Virus record (IMG/VR): IMGVR_UViG_3300042540_001822
Coordinates: 155,476 to 219,475 of that record
Length of the DNA stretch: 64,000 bases
Direction: 5' to 3' (one strand)
A model generated the notes under the pieces. It saw only the letters and a program-made list of their open reading frames with translations. It ran no database searches and was not told where the DNA came from. Positions 27,592 through 37,383 of the stretch are shown here, one piece after another. Within the stretch, counting starts at the first letter, position 1. Each line of letters opens with the position of its first letter. The translations under genes and the position numbers were made by a program.

Positions 27592-28353
27592 TTATTTCTC
27601 GATGATTCCAATCGCAGTGGAAGTTTTTGTCTGCTCTGAACAGAAAACGATGCGATTATCGTGAACATAACAGTGGGATGATTCAGAGTCTACATAATTC
27701 AAATGCGATTTGTAAATTGAGGAATCCATTTTACCTGACCCCTTGATTTCTGAAGTTCCAATGTTTAATTTAAAGTCAAAAGAATCTCCGGTTACCCTAA
27801 CGTTGTCTTTTTCAATTCGGAAAACAAGAAGTTCCTCTGCGTTGGACTCCATGCCACACAAAGAAGATAAAGAAGAAAAATCGGAAGAATACAATTTGAA
27901 GTTTGCTTCTGAATCTTCTTTCGAATGAACCATTTCTCCAATTGAATCCTCGACATAAGACAGCAAAGAAAGATCTGCACACTTAATCTTAATTTTCAGC
28001 GAGTTTGAAATGACATTGAGTTCGGTAGCCACACAAGATCCATCCAATTTAGAAATCTCAAGATTCAAAAAGATTTCTTCTTCTGCACGGTAGTACCTGA
28101 AGCAGTCTATCAATCTAACGACATCGATCAAACCAATTTTAATTCTTTCGCACTTCAATTTTGCGAATCCTTCGAGTGGTTCGAAAATTTGATCTACTGG
28201 AATCGATGCAAATTTCATAACAGATTTATCTGGTGTGTGAATTTTGCAAAAAAGTTCAGTTTCATTCAATTCCAATAGAACGCTTCGATCTACAACCTTT
28301 AATTTCTTCAGAAATGCGATTAAGTTGGTGGTACTTAAAACCCTAATTTTCAT
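27592..28353 (-). CDS. Putative DNA polymerase sliding clamp (gp45/PCNA-like)
   Basis: 253 aa, two beta-rich halves, adjacent to polymerase; no diagnostic motif. Confidence 0.55.
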   Translation of the reverse strand: MKIRVLSTTNLIAFLKKLKVVDRSVLLELNETELFCKIHTPDKSVMKFASIPVDQIFEPLEGFAKLKCERIKIGLIDVVRLIDCFRYYRAEEEIFLNLEISKLDGSCVATELNVISNSLKIKIKCADLSLLSYVEDSIGEMVHSKEDSEANFKLYSSDFSSLSSLCGMESNAEELLVFRIEKDNVRVTGDSFDFKLNIGTSEIKGSGKMDSSIYKSHLNYVDSESSHCYVHDNRIVFCSEQTKTSTAIGIIEK

Positions 28354-28374
28354 GTGTTTAAATTTTTATGTTTA

Positions 28375-28402
28375 TTGTATGTCGGGCCCGAGATTTGTTT
28401 TC
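28375..28402 (-). promoter_or_regulatory. Putative class II promoter
   Basis: GAAAAC-N16-ATACAA upstream of clamp. Confidence 0.35.
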
Positions 28403-28417
28403 GTCTTTGCCCAAAAT

Positions 28418-29803
28418 TTATTCTTCTTCTTGTTCTTCGGTTGGTGTTTCTTCTTCTACCTCGAAAATTTGAATGTCGGAATCCAAATTTCTGACGGAAG
28501 GTTGTGAAGAGGTAACAAGTAAGGTGGCAGAAGTCTTTTTAACCGGAATCACCTCGAGAAGTTTTACGACCTTTTCTTGTGCTTTAATAGCCACCTGTGT
28601 TGTCTTTATTTGTTGTTTGATGGATTTAATTTCCTCTTGAATTTCAACAATGTGATTGGTAGAAAGCTTTACTAGTTGAATCGATGAAAGACGTCCAGAG
28701 ATGGATTTATTAAACTGGGTCAGGAATTCCAAAATCTCTTCGTTTTTCCTTTTGCTTCCGCTCATGTAAATTAAAAATTTCAATTTTGCCTCCAGAAATT
28801 CCATTTCGTTGGTCAAATCCTGAACATCCCGATTTAATCTTTTAAGTTTAACATATTCAAGATGAGATTTGAATTCTTCGAGATAGGACTTTACAGAATC
28901 AAACTGCCTGACCCCTCCATCTTTGATAAAAACAATGTCCTCCTTAACCAAAATTTGAGTTAGCTTTTTTACTGTCTGTGTTAAAGATGTAAACTCGGCA
29001 GAGGTGCTTTTATAAAACCAAAGGGTAATGTCACACTTGCTTTGTGAGTTATTGTTTAACTTGTAGTCGACGCCCAGATTTTCCAATTTTCTGACAATTT
29101 TTTCCATAAAGGAATCAAATCTCATCACTGGGGGAAGATCAAAAATACGTATGGATTTTTTTTGTTGGTTAGCCTCAAACCCGCTCTCCAATAACCACAC
29201 ATTTTCGTGATCTTCGTATTTGTAAATTTTACCGGAGAAATCTTTAAAGTAGGGCTTTAATACCTTGTTCTTTCCCTGTAAAAATTCAACAATGTCCTCA
29301 AGCTTACGTGGCAAGATATTGGTTCGATATCCTACTGCTATGCCAATGATATGGGTTAGCAATCCGATGGGTATTTCCACGTTAAGCCAGTCGTGGCCTC
29401 CCTCTTCGTTCTGCTCATTCAAATCGGAATGCCGAGTAATGATATCTTTCACACCACGGTTTATTCTCACCGAAGTGTATCTTGGAGCGGATGGATTTGG
29501 ATTGACCGGTGATCCAAAAAATCCATCTCCTTCTAAAATGGAGAAGGAACATCCAAAGGGTCTGGCCAATTTTGAAATAGCTCCGGCCAAAGAAGAATCT
29601 CCGTGGTGATATAAACCAGTTCTGATGACCTCTCCAACTAAACCAATTGTTTTGTGAAAAGTAGACGGACTATTTTCTAAAATAATTCTTTGAACTGGGG
29701 TTAGAGAATCGTAGAAATTTGGAATACCTCTGGACTGAAGAACATAAAGAGCATAATCCCTATATTGGGTATTAATTTGGTCTGTAATCGAAATAAAGTT
29801 CAA
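28418..29803 (-). CDS. Type IIA topoisomerase subunit A (T4 gp52-like)
   Basis: RGIPNFYDSLTPVQR, YHHGDSS, G.GFFGS, SAPRY (catalytic Tyr), GIAVG; no C-terminal pinwheel. Confidence 0.92.
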   Translation of the reverse strand: MNFISITDQINTQYRDYALYVLQSRGIPNFYDSLTPVQRIILENSPSTFHKTIGLVGEVIRTGLYHHGDSSLAGAISKLARPFGCSFSILEGDGFFGSPVNPNPSAPRYTSVRINRGVKDIITRHSDLNEQNEEGGHDWLNVEIPIGLLTHIIGIAVGYRTNILPRKLEDIVEFLQGKNKVLKPYFKDFSGKIYKYEDHENVWLLESGFEANQQKKSIRIFDLPPVMRFDSFMEKIVRKLENLGVDYKLNNNSQSKCDITLWFYKSTSAEFTSLTQTVKKLTQILVKEDIVFIKDGGVRQFDSVKSYLEEFKSHLEYVKLKRLNRDVQDLTNEMEFLEAKLKFLIYMSGSKRKNEEILEFLTQFNKSISGRLSSIQLVKLSTNHIVEIQEEIKSIKQQIKTTQVAIKAQEKVVKLLEVIPVKKTSATLLVTSSQPSVRNLDSDIQIFEVEEETPTEEQEEE

Positions 29804-29902
29804 TTTTCAAATTTTTAATTATAGCAACAAGAAAAGCTCAATGTTTCTCATTTTAAAATTTAAACGAGTAAACAAAAGATGTGATTTGAAATTAGTGAAT
29901 GG

Positions 29903-31042
29903 TTAAGAGGTAGACTTATCGCCCTCGCCTTTAATTGCAGAAGCCAGAACAGGAGCTGGAACATCGTCCATTTCTACCAAAACAAAGTCAATTTGATTCT
30001 GGTTTTCCTTCCTCATTTCTTGAAGAACTTTTTGTAAATCGGTTGCATTTTTGAAAACGATACATCCAGCTGAATACCAACCTATTTCTTCTGTGGTGCC
30101 TGTTTTATTTCCTCTGTGAATGTTGATTCCATAATTTCCAGTTTCCGCATTTCCAGGAGAAAAGGTGGTGAACTTGGCCTTATTCACATCATCGACAATT
30201 GGGAATCTTTCTACCTTTACAGGTCCAGCCTGTACCAAAGCATCATAATCATTATGTTTACCAATTTTGTAAGGATATACCCCTGGCCGTAAAATTGCCA
30301 ATCCATCTGGATTAAGAGCTTCTTTGCTTTTGGCGAACCAATAATTTCTCAATTTAGAAATTAGAAAACTAGCACCTGGAACCGTGGTTCCTTGCATGAT
30401 GGACAAAGATTTTTCATTTTCTGGACTCATCAAAATCAAAGCATCAATAAATCTATTGGGATAATTCTTTTTAACCGAAAGGTAATTTCTAAGACCAACC
30501 AGGTTATATTTTTTAAAGTTCATTTCCCTGGCCAAACCTTTTTTTTCTAAAATGTATTTTAATCCTTCCCAAGACAAATCTTTAACGTCGTCAAATTTGT
30601 AATCTCCAGATTTTAATTCTTTGAAAATTTCTTTTGTTTCAGCCTCATCTGCAGTGGAAACCCCGGCAGAATTTAAAGCCTCAATGTCTTTTTCGGTTGT
30701 ATCTTTAGAATTAGAAGATTGATCACCGGATGTCCAATCCTGAGGGAGAATCCCCTTTTTTTTCAAAGCATCGAGTAATTCTTTATTTTCGTCCTTATGG
30801 AATTCCCCGGCAATTTTTTTGCCAATTTCGGTTCCATAAAAAAGGTCTGCAACGGAGATCGAGCTTTTACCCAGAGAGGTTGATTTGGACGTACTAGAAC
30901 TATCCTCAGATGAAGATTTTGTTTCTTTTGTTGCTTGTTTTAAAATAGATTCACTGGAATCTTCCTGAATTTTGGTGTAGCTATTAGAATTCAGAATAAC
31001 GAAAAATTCAGAAAATTTCAAAATGTTTTGTGACACAGACAA
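29903..31042 (-). CDS. Putative L,D-transpeptidase-fold peptidoglycan enzyme with CTS-like N-terminus
   Basis: GINIHRG...WYSAGC; N-terminal ILKFSEF; S/T-rich linker. Confidence 0.55.
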   Translation of the reverse strand: MSVSQNILKFSEFFVILNSNSYTKIQEDSSESILKQATKETKSSSEDSSSTSKSTSLGKSSISVADLFYGTEIGKKIAGEFHKDENKELLDALKKKGILPQDWTSGDQSSNSKDTTEKDIEALNSAGVSTADEAETKEIFKELKSGDYKFDDVKDLSWEGLKYILEKKGLAREMNFKKYNLVGLRNYLSVKKNYPNRFIDALILMSPENEKSLSIMQGTTVPGASFLISKLRNYWFAKSKEALNPDGLAILRPGVYPYKIGKHNDYDALVQAGPVKVERFPIVDDVNKAKFTTFSPGNAETGNYGINIHRGNKTGTTEEIGWYSAGCIVFKNATDLQKVLQEMRKENQNQIDFVLVEMDDVPAPVLASAIKGEGDKSTS

Positions 31043-31051
31043 GAATTTTTT

Positions 31052-31405
31052 TTAGATTTCTCCATCTGTATATATCTTTCCTGGACTATTTTTTATTAGA
31101 TAAACAATTAGGGTATTAATAATGACACTTGCCCCGCTAATCCAAAATCCAGAAAAAAGTATTGTTAGAATTTGGTAAAAATACCCATCATATTCCAATA
31201 AAAACATGAAAGGATTAACCATCTGATTGGCGGAAATCAGCAAACCAAATAAGATTCCCACCCAAAAGCCAGAACACTGCATACAGGTCAATAATTTTCC
31301 CAAAGTTGGGTACATTACCTGCAAATAAATTCTGAGAGGATCAAATATGGAACCATTGACTAAAATACTGGTGATGGCCCAACCTAAAAAACTAAATTCA
31401 ATCAT
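31052..31405 (-). CDS. DUF1360-like membrane protein
   Basis: LLTCMQCSGFWVG; multiple TM segments. Confidence 0.65.
   Translation of the reverse strand: MIEFSFLGWAITSILVNGSIFDPLRIYLQVMYPTLGKLLTCMQCSGFWVGILFGLLISANQMVNPFMFLLEYDGYFYQILTILFSGFWISGASVIINTLIVYLIKNSPGKIYTDGEI
31069..31076 (-). promoter_or_regulatory. GATATATA late-promoter-like motif
   Basis: Upstream of start 31042. Confidence 0.55.
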
Positions 31406-32439
31406 GACGGAAAGATTTTCTTGTAAGTAGACAAGAAATCCCTTTGTGTTTCATTTAATTCTTTAGGAATTCTTAATTTTAATCTGATTAATATGTCTCC
31501 TCTGAAATCAGAGTTAAATTCAGGAATTCCCTTTCCTGCTAACCGGAGAATCTTTCCTGGATCTGATCCAGGAGGTATTGAAATTTTATATTCTCCGTCT
31601 GGAATTTCTAAATTTGGAATTTTAACCTCTGCACCCATACAGGCATCATAAAAATCAACATCCATATCACAATACAAATTCAGGGAATCACGTTTGTAAA
31701 AATGATGTTGAATATCCTCTACAGACACAATTAAGTCTCCAGGATCACATGGGGATTTTTCAAAATCTCCACCTCCGTCGATCTTGAAATTTATACCCGT
31801 AACTGAACCTTTAGGAACCGTAATGTCTACCTGTGTTGTCTGTCTTATGGTTCCAGAACCAGAACAAGAATGGCAAGGTGTTTTGGCAGTTTCTCCAAAT
31901 CCACCACAGGAAAAACACGTTCCATCCACAGCCATTTGACCAAACCCTGTATTTACAATTTTTCTATTTACTCCTGTTCCATTACACTGAACACAAAAAA
32001 CGACCTCAGCATTATGTGCTCCTGTCCCTTTGCACGGTTCACAAGGAAATCTTTTGAATAGTGTTACCTTTTTCTGTGCTCCCTTTAGTACATCCGCTAG
32101 ATTAATTTGCAATCTGGCGTTTATATTTTTCCCCTTTCGAATTTGTGTTTTATGTTGATGCCAGGAGTTTGCTGAATTGAAATTATTAAAAAAATCTGCA
32201 AATGGACTTCCCCAGTTTGCTTGATTAGGTCCGCTCCACTTCGGAGAATCATATGCTTTCTTTTTTGAAGGATCCCCTAAAGTTTCGTAGGCTTCGTTTA
32301 TTTGTTTAAATTTTGCCTCTGCAGAGGTGTCTCCTGGATTTTTATCTGGATGATATTTTAAGGCCAATCTCCTGTAACTTTTTTTTATTGCATCAGAAGA
32401 CGCTTCTCTTCCAACTTCTAAAATTTGATAAAAGTCCAT
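31402..32439 (-). CDS. dnaJ: Chaperone DnaJ
   Basis: J-domain HPD, four CxxCxGxG repeats, C-terminal GDL/GKGIP motifs. Confidence 0.95.
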   Translation of the reverse strand: MDFYQILEVGREASSDAIKKSYRRLALKYHPDKNPGDTSAEAKFKQINEAYETLGDPSKKKAYDSPKWSGPNQANWGSPFADFFNNFNSANSWHQHKTQIRKGKNINARLQINLADVLKGAQKKVTLFKRFPCEPCKGTGAHNAEVVFCVQCNGTGVNRKIVNTGFGQMAVDGTCFSCGGFGETAKTPCHSCSGSGTIRQTTQVDITVPKGSVTGINFKIDGGGDFEKSPCDPGDLIVSVEDIQHHFYKRDSLNLYCDMDVDFYDACMGAEVKIPNLEIPDGEYKISIPPGSDPGKILRLAGKGIPEFNSDFRGDILIRLKLRIPKELNETQRDFLSTYKKIFPS

Positions 32440-32447
32440 TTGGGATT

Positions 32448-32795
32448 TTAAAATGTGGATTTAAGCCATGATCTAAGTTGATCGATCTTGGTTTTTTTCT
32501 TTTTAGGAAGGGATTTCCATTTTTGAATCAGAGACTCTTTGAGGAGAAGTATTTCACCGCATATTTCATAGTTTTCTACCCCTTCCCAATAGCCCAACAT
32601 TAAATTTGTAAATTTTTCGATTTGAGATTCATCTGAAAAAATATGAAGGAATTCTTCTGATTGTTCTCGAAGGGACTCCAAATACAAATCATGAACCGCC
32701 CGATCAATGTTTGCCTTTAAAACCGAAAATTGAGGATGACTTTCAAAAGAGGTTCCCCATCCTGTAAAAGAAGAGTCTTTGTTTGGGTTTGACAT
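32448..32795 (-). CDS. Hypothetical protein with UVR-like motif
   Basis: YWEGVENYEICGEIL. Confidence 0.55.
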   Translation of the reverse strand: MSNPNKDSSFTGWGTSFESHPQFSVLKANIDRAVHDLYLESLREQSEEFLHIFSDESQIEKFTNLMLGYWEGVENYEICGEILLLKESLIQKWKSLPKKKKTKIDQLRSWLKSTF

Positions 32796-33055
32796 TATTG
32801 TATATTCTCTAAAAGTTGAAACAAATGTTTGTAAATTTCCGGATTTAATAAATCCTGAGTTGATAAATTCAATTTCTGCATTTCCTGCAGAGTACGATCT
32901 AATCCGAAATTTTCTTCCAAAACTGCAAGTTTAATTTGGGATTCAATCTCTGTATCAGGTTTATAACGAATTTTTTTTGAATCTAATCCTAAAATTTGAT
33001 TTTCAAAATTCCGGAAAGATTGAATATCTTCAGAAGTGATTTTCGTGTTTTTCAT
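32795..33055 (-). CDS. Hypothetical protein
   Basis: Start at MKNTKITS downstream of promoter motif. Confidence 0.5.
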   Translation of the reverse strand: MKNTKITSEDIQSFRNFENQILGLDSKKIRYKPDTEIESQIKLAVLEENFGLDRTLQEMQKLNLSTQDLLNPEIYKHLFQLLENIQ

Positions 33056-33066
33056 GGTGTTCAAAA

Positions 33067-33094
33067 TTATATTCAAATTGAACAAATAAATTTC
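33067..33094 (-). promoter_or_regulatory. Putative class II promoter
   Basis: GAAA-N18-ATATAA. Confidence 0.4.
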
Positions 33095-33122
33095 GGATCA
33101 ATGAAAATTTGTACATTTATTT

Positions 33123-34043
33123 TTAAACATCAAAATCTTTCAGATATTTCAATAAAGCCTTTTCCTTCATTTTTACCTCGAATTCAATTGAAAAATCGTA
33201 ACCGTAATTTTTTACCTTCTCATAAATCCAATCTGAGTGTGCAAGATCCTTTGTTGAAGAATCTTCCCATTGTTTTTTCGAATCTGAATAGTGAACAATT
33301 GGACTGATTTCTTTTGGCCAGGTTTTGATACAAAGGTCAAGTGCTTCTTGTTCCGATAGATCAGATGGATTACACTTATGATGTAAATAATCATAGGTCA
33401 AGGGAACTCCAATTTTTTTGAAAACAAGTTCGTACAATTCAGAAGGAGTGAATCCCGATTTTTTGTCGTCATTTTCTACAACCAAACGTTTTTTAACTGA
33501 TTCGGGTAACATCTGAAAATTTTCACAAAATCTAGATGCAGCTTCTTCCTTAGTGGGTTGGGAAGTGTAAACATGAACGTTGATCGGATAAAAGTGTGTT
33601 TGGTCCAATCCCATGAGATCCATGATTTCTGCGTGCTGTCTTAAATCTTTTACTGCCTTGATCACAACATCTTCCCTCTGTGATGCTAGAACGGAATAAG
33701 GCGATGGATGAAATGTAATTCTTTGATCTCCTGCTTTGGCAATAGATCCAGCCTCTGCCAAAACAGTTTTTATTTCCTCGAAGTGTGGAAGATCATGAAA
33801 TTCATATTCGCTGTACCAAGGGAAAATATCAGATGACATTCTATACATCCGGATTCCCATTTCATTGTTCCATGAAATAATCTTAACCAAATCTAAGCAG
33901 TTCAAAAGTGCCGTTTCGGAAGCGAAGGAAATTCCTTTTTCTTCAAAAGTTTTTTTGACCATAGACCGATTGGTGGTAATTCTATTTAATCCTTTACCTT
34001 CACCCAAAGTAAGGTTTATACAACAATATCCAAATCTGTGCAT
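33123..34043 (-). CDS. uvsE: UV damage endonuclease (UVDE)
   Basis: FGYCCIN, MYRMSSDIFP, RITFHP, RLVVENDD, YDYLHH, HYSDS, AHSD, EVKMKE. Confidence 0.93.
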   Translation of the reverse strand: MHRFGYCCINLTLGEGKGLNRITTNRSMVKKTFEEKGISFASETALLNCLDLVKIISWNNEMGIRMYRMSSDIFPWYSEYEFHDLPHFEEIKTVLAEAGSIAKAGDQRITFHPSPYSVLASQREDVVIKAVKDLRQHAEIMDLMGLDQTHFYPINVHVYTSQPTKEEAASRFCENFQMLPESVKKRLVVENDDKKSGFTPSELYELVFKKIGVPLTYDYLHHKCNPSDLSEQEALDLCIKTWPKEISPIVHYSDSKKQWEDSSTKDLAHSDWIYEKVKNYGYDFSIEFEVKMKEKALLKYLKDFDV

Positions 34044-34052
34044 AATGTAAAT

Positions 34053-35837
34053 CTATGACTTTTTTGACAACCAAATCTTTCTTAATTCGGAAGAATTTCC
34101 AAAAGCCATCTCTAGCATTTGTCCTGATTTTTTATCCCGTACTATGGTAACAACTCTTTTGTTTTTCATGACATAATCCCAATCATCCAAAGACAAAGAT
34201 CCCAATCCCTTAAGATATCTGACATTTGCCAGTTTTTTTCGTGCTGTCGCGGTTTTAAATTCTGTTAGGGAGTAAAAATATTCCTTCGATTTGTCCCCGG
34301 TCGTGACCAATGGGGTATCCAAAAAATTCAACATTTTCTTGTCTATAATCCAGGGAAACCAATTGTAAAATAAAGAAATCAGAAGTGAGGTGATGTGAGA
34401 TCCATCTGGATCCTGGTCGGTGGCAATCACAATTTTTTCATAAGGACATTCGCCCTGGGAATTTTCTGGATCTAAATTTAAAATCTGCATCAATTCCAAA
34501 ATTTCACGATTATCAGAAAGATCCGATAAATTTCTGGCGTTTTTAATTTTTCCCTTCAAAGCATATACTCCATCTCTAGATGGATTTCTTTTTTGCAAAA
34601 TCGAGCCCATGGCTGAAAGACCCTCCACTATAAATAAATTTTCTGCTATTCTTGAGGTTGGAGGAAAATATTTGTGTGAAAATTTAACATTGACATTTTT
34701 CTTTTCTTTTCTAATTTTCTTTAAAGCTGCGTCTTTCTTTCTTCTTTCGACTTTTTCCTTGATGGTTTTGAAAAGTGGTGTGGTATAAAACTTTCGGAGA
34801 GATCCCTCAAAAGATTCCAAAATAATTTTTTCTACCTCTTCTCTTTTTGTCACAAATCTAGTTTTATTTTGATCACCAAATTTAACTAAGGAAGGAGGTA
34901 AATTCAAAATAAAACAGAAGTCATAAAAGTGATGGGCAAGAGAATCTTCTAAGACGTCGGCGATCTGGTCCATGATGATTTTCTGGTGAATTCCTGAACA
35001 CATGGCACTGTTTACAAAAGATACAGACCCAGATTCCCCCTCCTTCTCCCAAAATAAAATTTCACCCAATTGGGTTTTGAACGACATTTGTTGAAGAGAA
35101 GAAGTAGAAATTTGATGGATATCTGATTTCCAAACAAATTCTAGCTGAATATTTTTCGTGTGGGCTTCAGATTCTAAAACTCTTTTTTTCAGGATTAATA
35201 GAGAAATTAAAATATCCTTATTCCATTTACAGTGTTCGAATATTTCATGTAAAGGAATAAATGTAACTGAAGTCCCAAGATTTTGAGTTGTTCTTTTTTG
35301 AATTTTAGGTTTGGTCGATTTGAAGTTAACCCATTGTTGTGAATAAACTTCTTTGGAATTGGTCGAAACGATTGAGAATTCGGATGATAATGCGTTAACC
35401 AAACTAACCCCCATTCCATTGGTTCCTATGAGTGTGTCCGATAATCCATCATTGTCAAAGTTGCTTCCCGCTCTCAACATAGAAACTGCCGTTTCAATGT
35501 TACTTACTCCACTTTTCTCGTTAATTTTAGAACCATCTACAAATCCTTCTCCCGTATCTGCTATTGTGATCTTATTTGTTGAGGGTTCCACTTCAATACG
35601 AATCAATTTCATTGGTTTCTTCATTCTTTTGGCTTCATCTACACAGTTAGAAAAAACCTCATCGAAGAGCTTATACATACCCACAGATATGTGCCTGGGG
35701 ACCAATGAAATTTTGTCTTTATCGACCTTTGGAATGGATTCTTCCGTTATCTTGACAGATCCTACATAAATGGTGGGCCTTTTGAGAATGTGCTCAAAGT
35801 CGCTGAGAACCTGGATTTTCTTTTTAGATTGGGTCAT
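34053..35837 (-). CDS. Type IIA topoisomerase subunit B (gp39+60-like, unsplit)
   Basis: EHILKRPTIYVGS, DEVFSNCVD, GSNFD, GTNGMG, VEGLSA, DQDPDG, RYLKGLGS. Confidence 0.93.
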   Translation of the reverse strand: MTQSKKKIQVLSDFEHILKRPTIYVGSVKITEESIPKVDKDKISLVPRHISVGMYKLFDEVFSNCVDEAKRMKKPMKLIRIEVEPSTNKITIADTGEGFVDGSKINEKSGVSNIETAVSMLRAGSNFDNDGLSDTLIGTNGMGVSLVNALSSEFSIVSTNSKEVYSQQWVNFKSTKPKIQKRTTQNLGTSVTFIPLHEIFEHCKWNKDILISLLILKKRVLESEAHTKNIQLEFVWKSDIHQISTSSLQQMSFKTQLGEILFWEKEGESGSVSFVNSAMCSGIHQKIIMDQIADVLEDSLAHHFYDFCFILNLPPSLVKFGDQNKTRFVTKREEVEKIILESFEGSLRKFYTTPLFKTIKEKVERRKKDAALKKIRKEKKNVNVKFSHKYFPPTSRIAENLFIVEGLSAMGSILQKRNPSRDGVYALKGKIKNARNLSDLSDNREILELMQILNLDPENSQGECPYEKIVIATDQDPDGSHITSLLISLFYNWFPWIIDKKMLNFLDTPLVTTGDKSKEYFYSLTEFKTATARKKLANVRYLKGLGSLSLDDWDYVMKNKRVVTIVRDKKSGQMLEMAFGNSSELRKIWLSKKS

Positions 35838-35860
35838 ATAAATTTAAAAGGGAATTGCAG

Positions 35861-35901
35861 CAAATATACGGTTTTATACAAACCAGCACCCTAATTATTT
35901 C
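35861..35901 (-). promoter_or_regulatory. Putative promoter(s) of topo B
   Basis: GAAA-N18-GTATAA plus TATATTTG (TAnnTTTG). Confidence 0.45.
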
Positions 35902-35918
35902 GTATTTGTTTTAGTAAA

Positions 35919-36473
35919 TTAGGAATTAGAAGGTTTGTAAAAAATTTCTTCCACCTTCATAGGGGCAATTGGTGCTTCAAAACCTTTCTTTTCTAAAGAG
36001 GCTGGAGTCCCTATAATATACTCTTTGGATCCGATTTTTTCAATCCTCTTTACAATAAATTCAGAATCAAAAAAGATGGTTCTTTGGTTGCCGAATCTAT
36101 CGATGTCAAAATCAAAATCTTTTGAATTTGGATCGATTTCTTTTCCTGTTTTTGCCTTGTAGGCCAAAGCAACTCTTTGTCTTTCTTTTTGAATTATATC
36201 TTGTATGTACTGTGGTGTACCCTTTCCCTGTGTCGGGACATCTGCTACGACAGTTATCTTTTTAATTTCTCCAGATTTTTGAAGTTCCAATAATTTTTGT
36301 AAGGTAGAAATAACCTCTGAATATTTGATGTTCTGATCAGGAGACGCTTTTACATCCGCCATAAACTTTACCTCATTGTAAACCGGAATAACCGAATAGG
36401 AACTTTGAGGTTCTTTTCTGACTTCCATAATTGGTTTTTTGGAGAAGTTTTCAAACAATTGTAAATGCTTCAT
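35919..36473 (-). CDS. Hypothetical protein with CTS-like N-terminus
   Basis: MKHLQLFENFSKKPIME; GAATATATAA at 36497-36506. Confidence 0.6.
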   Translation of the reverse strand: MKHLQLFENFSKKPIMEVRKEPQSSYSVIPVYNEVKFMADVKASPDQNIKYSEVISTLQKLLELQKSGEIKKITVVADVPTQGKGTPQYIQDIIQKERQRVALAYKAKTGKEIDPNSKDFDFDIDRFGNQRTIFFDSEFIVKRIEKIGSKEYIIGTPASLEKKGFEAPIAPMKVEEIFYKPSNS

Positions 36474-36496
36474 GAATAGAAAATTATTTTATACAT

Positions 36497-37369
36497 TTAT
36501 ATATTCTTAAAAATCTTAGTTTCGAAAAAACCTGTAAACAACCCGAACTGATCTTCATATTCTTTAGGAATTTTAATTTTAGATTTCAGATCATCTGGCA
36601 TGTGTTTCCACGCCTGTGACAGAAGGAGAACTATCTTCCCGGGATTCCTTCGGAGTTCCAAGTTCAACGAGTCCGGTTGGAGATATGGCAGGGTTAGGAT
36701 TAGTTTCTGTGCATTTTCTGATCCTTTTTCCAGAACTTCCAGCCATCCCTTCATGTTCCATTTACCCTTGATTAATTCAAATTCATCACAAAAAAATCGA
36801 CCATTTATTTCTTGTGGTGCTCCTTCCAAGGATTGGAGTTCGTTGCGGGAACAATTAAAAACTCCACCAACTTTCTTTGGTGCTCCTTTCAAGGACTGTA
36901 ATTGGTTTTGTGAACAATTAAAACCCATGCCAACTTCCTTCGGTGCTCCTTTTAATGATTGGAGTTCATTGAGCGAACAATTAAAACTCCCTCCAACTTT
37001 TTGTGGTGATCCTTCAAGTGATCGTAGTCCGTTGTTGCGAAAATAAAAATTACCACTAACTTCCTTTGGTGCTCCTTCCAGAGATCGGAGTTTGTTGCCG
37101 AAACAAGTAAAATTCCCAGTGACACTTCCAAATTTAATTAATCCCATAAAACTTTTTATTCCCTTTGGAGGATCATACAAGTTTTTAGAAATTTTAGATC
37201 CATAACAACGGAAATCCCCCCGAATGTCTACCAAACCTGTTGATGGATTTACTCTCCAGGTTCCTTTTGTGTTACGATTCAGGAAAATCCCATTATATCG
37301 ATCAAAACCCACAGGAATCCATTTTTGATTTATGGATTCGTAGATCCTAAATGGAATCAGATGTCTCAT
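36497..37369 (-). CDS. 21-aa leucine-rich-repeat-like (SLEGAP) protein, paralog 1
   Basis: About five FxCxxNxLxSLxGAP repeats; C-terminal domain shared with 37384 ORF. Confidence 0.8.
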   Translation of the reverse strand: MRHLIPFRIYESINQKWIPVGFDRYNGIFLNRNTKGTWRVNPSTGLVDIRGDFRCYGSKISKNLYDPPKGIKSFMGLIKFGSVTGNFTCFGNKLRSLEGAPKEVSGNFYFRNNGLRSLEGSPQKVGGSFNCSLNELQSLKGAPKEVGMGFNCSQNQLQSLKGAPKKVGGVFNCSRNELQSLEGAPQEINGRFFCDEFELIKGKWNMKGWLEVLEKGSENAQKLILTLPYLQPDSLNLELRRNPGKIVLLLSQAWKHMPDDLKSKIKIPKEYEDQFGLFTGFFETKIFKNI

Positions 37370-37373
37370 GTTT

Positions 37374-37381
37374 TATATATC
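37374..37381 (-). promoter_or_regulatory. GATATATA late-promoter-like motif
   Basis: Immediately upstream of start 37369. Confidence 0.55.
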
Positions 37382-37383
37382 CT

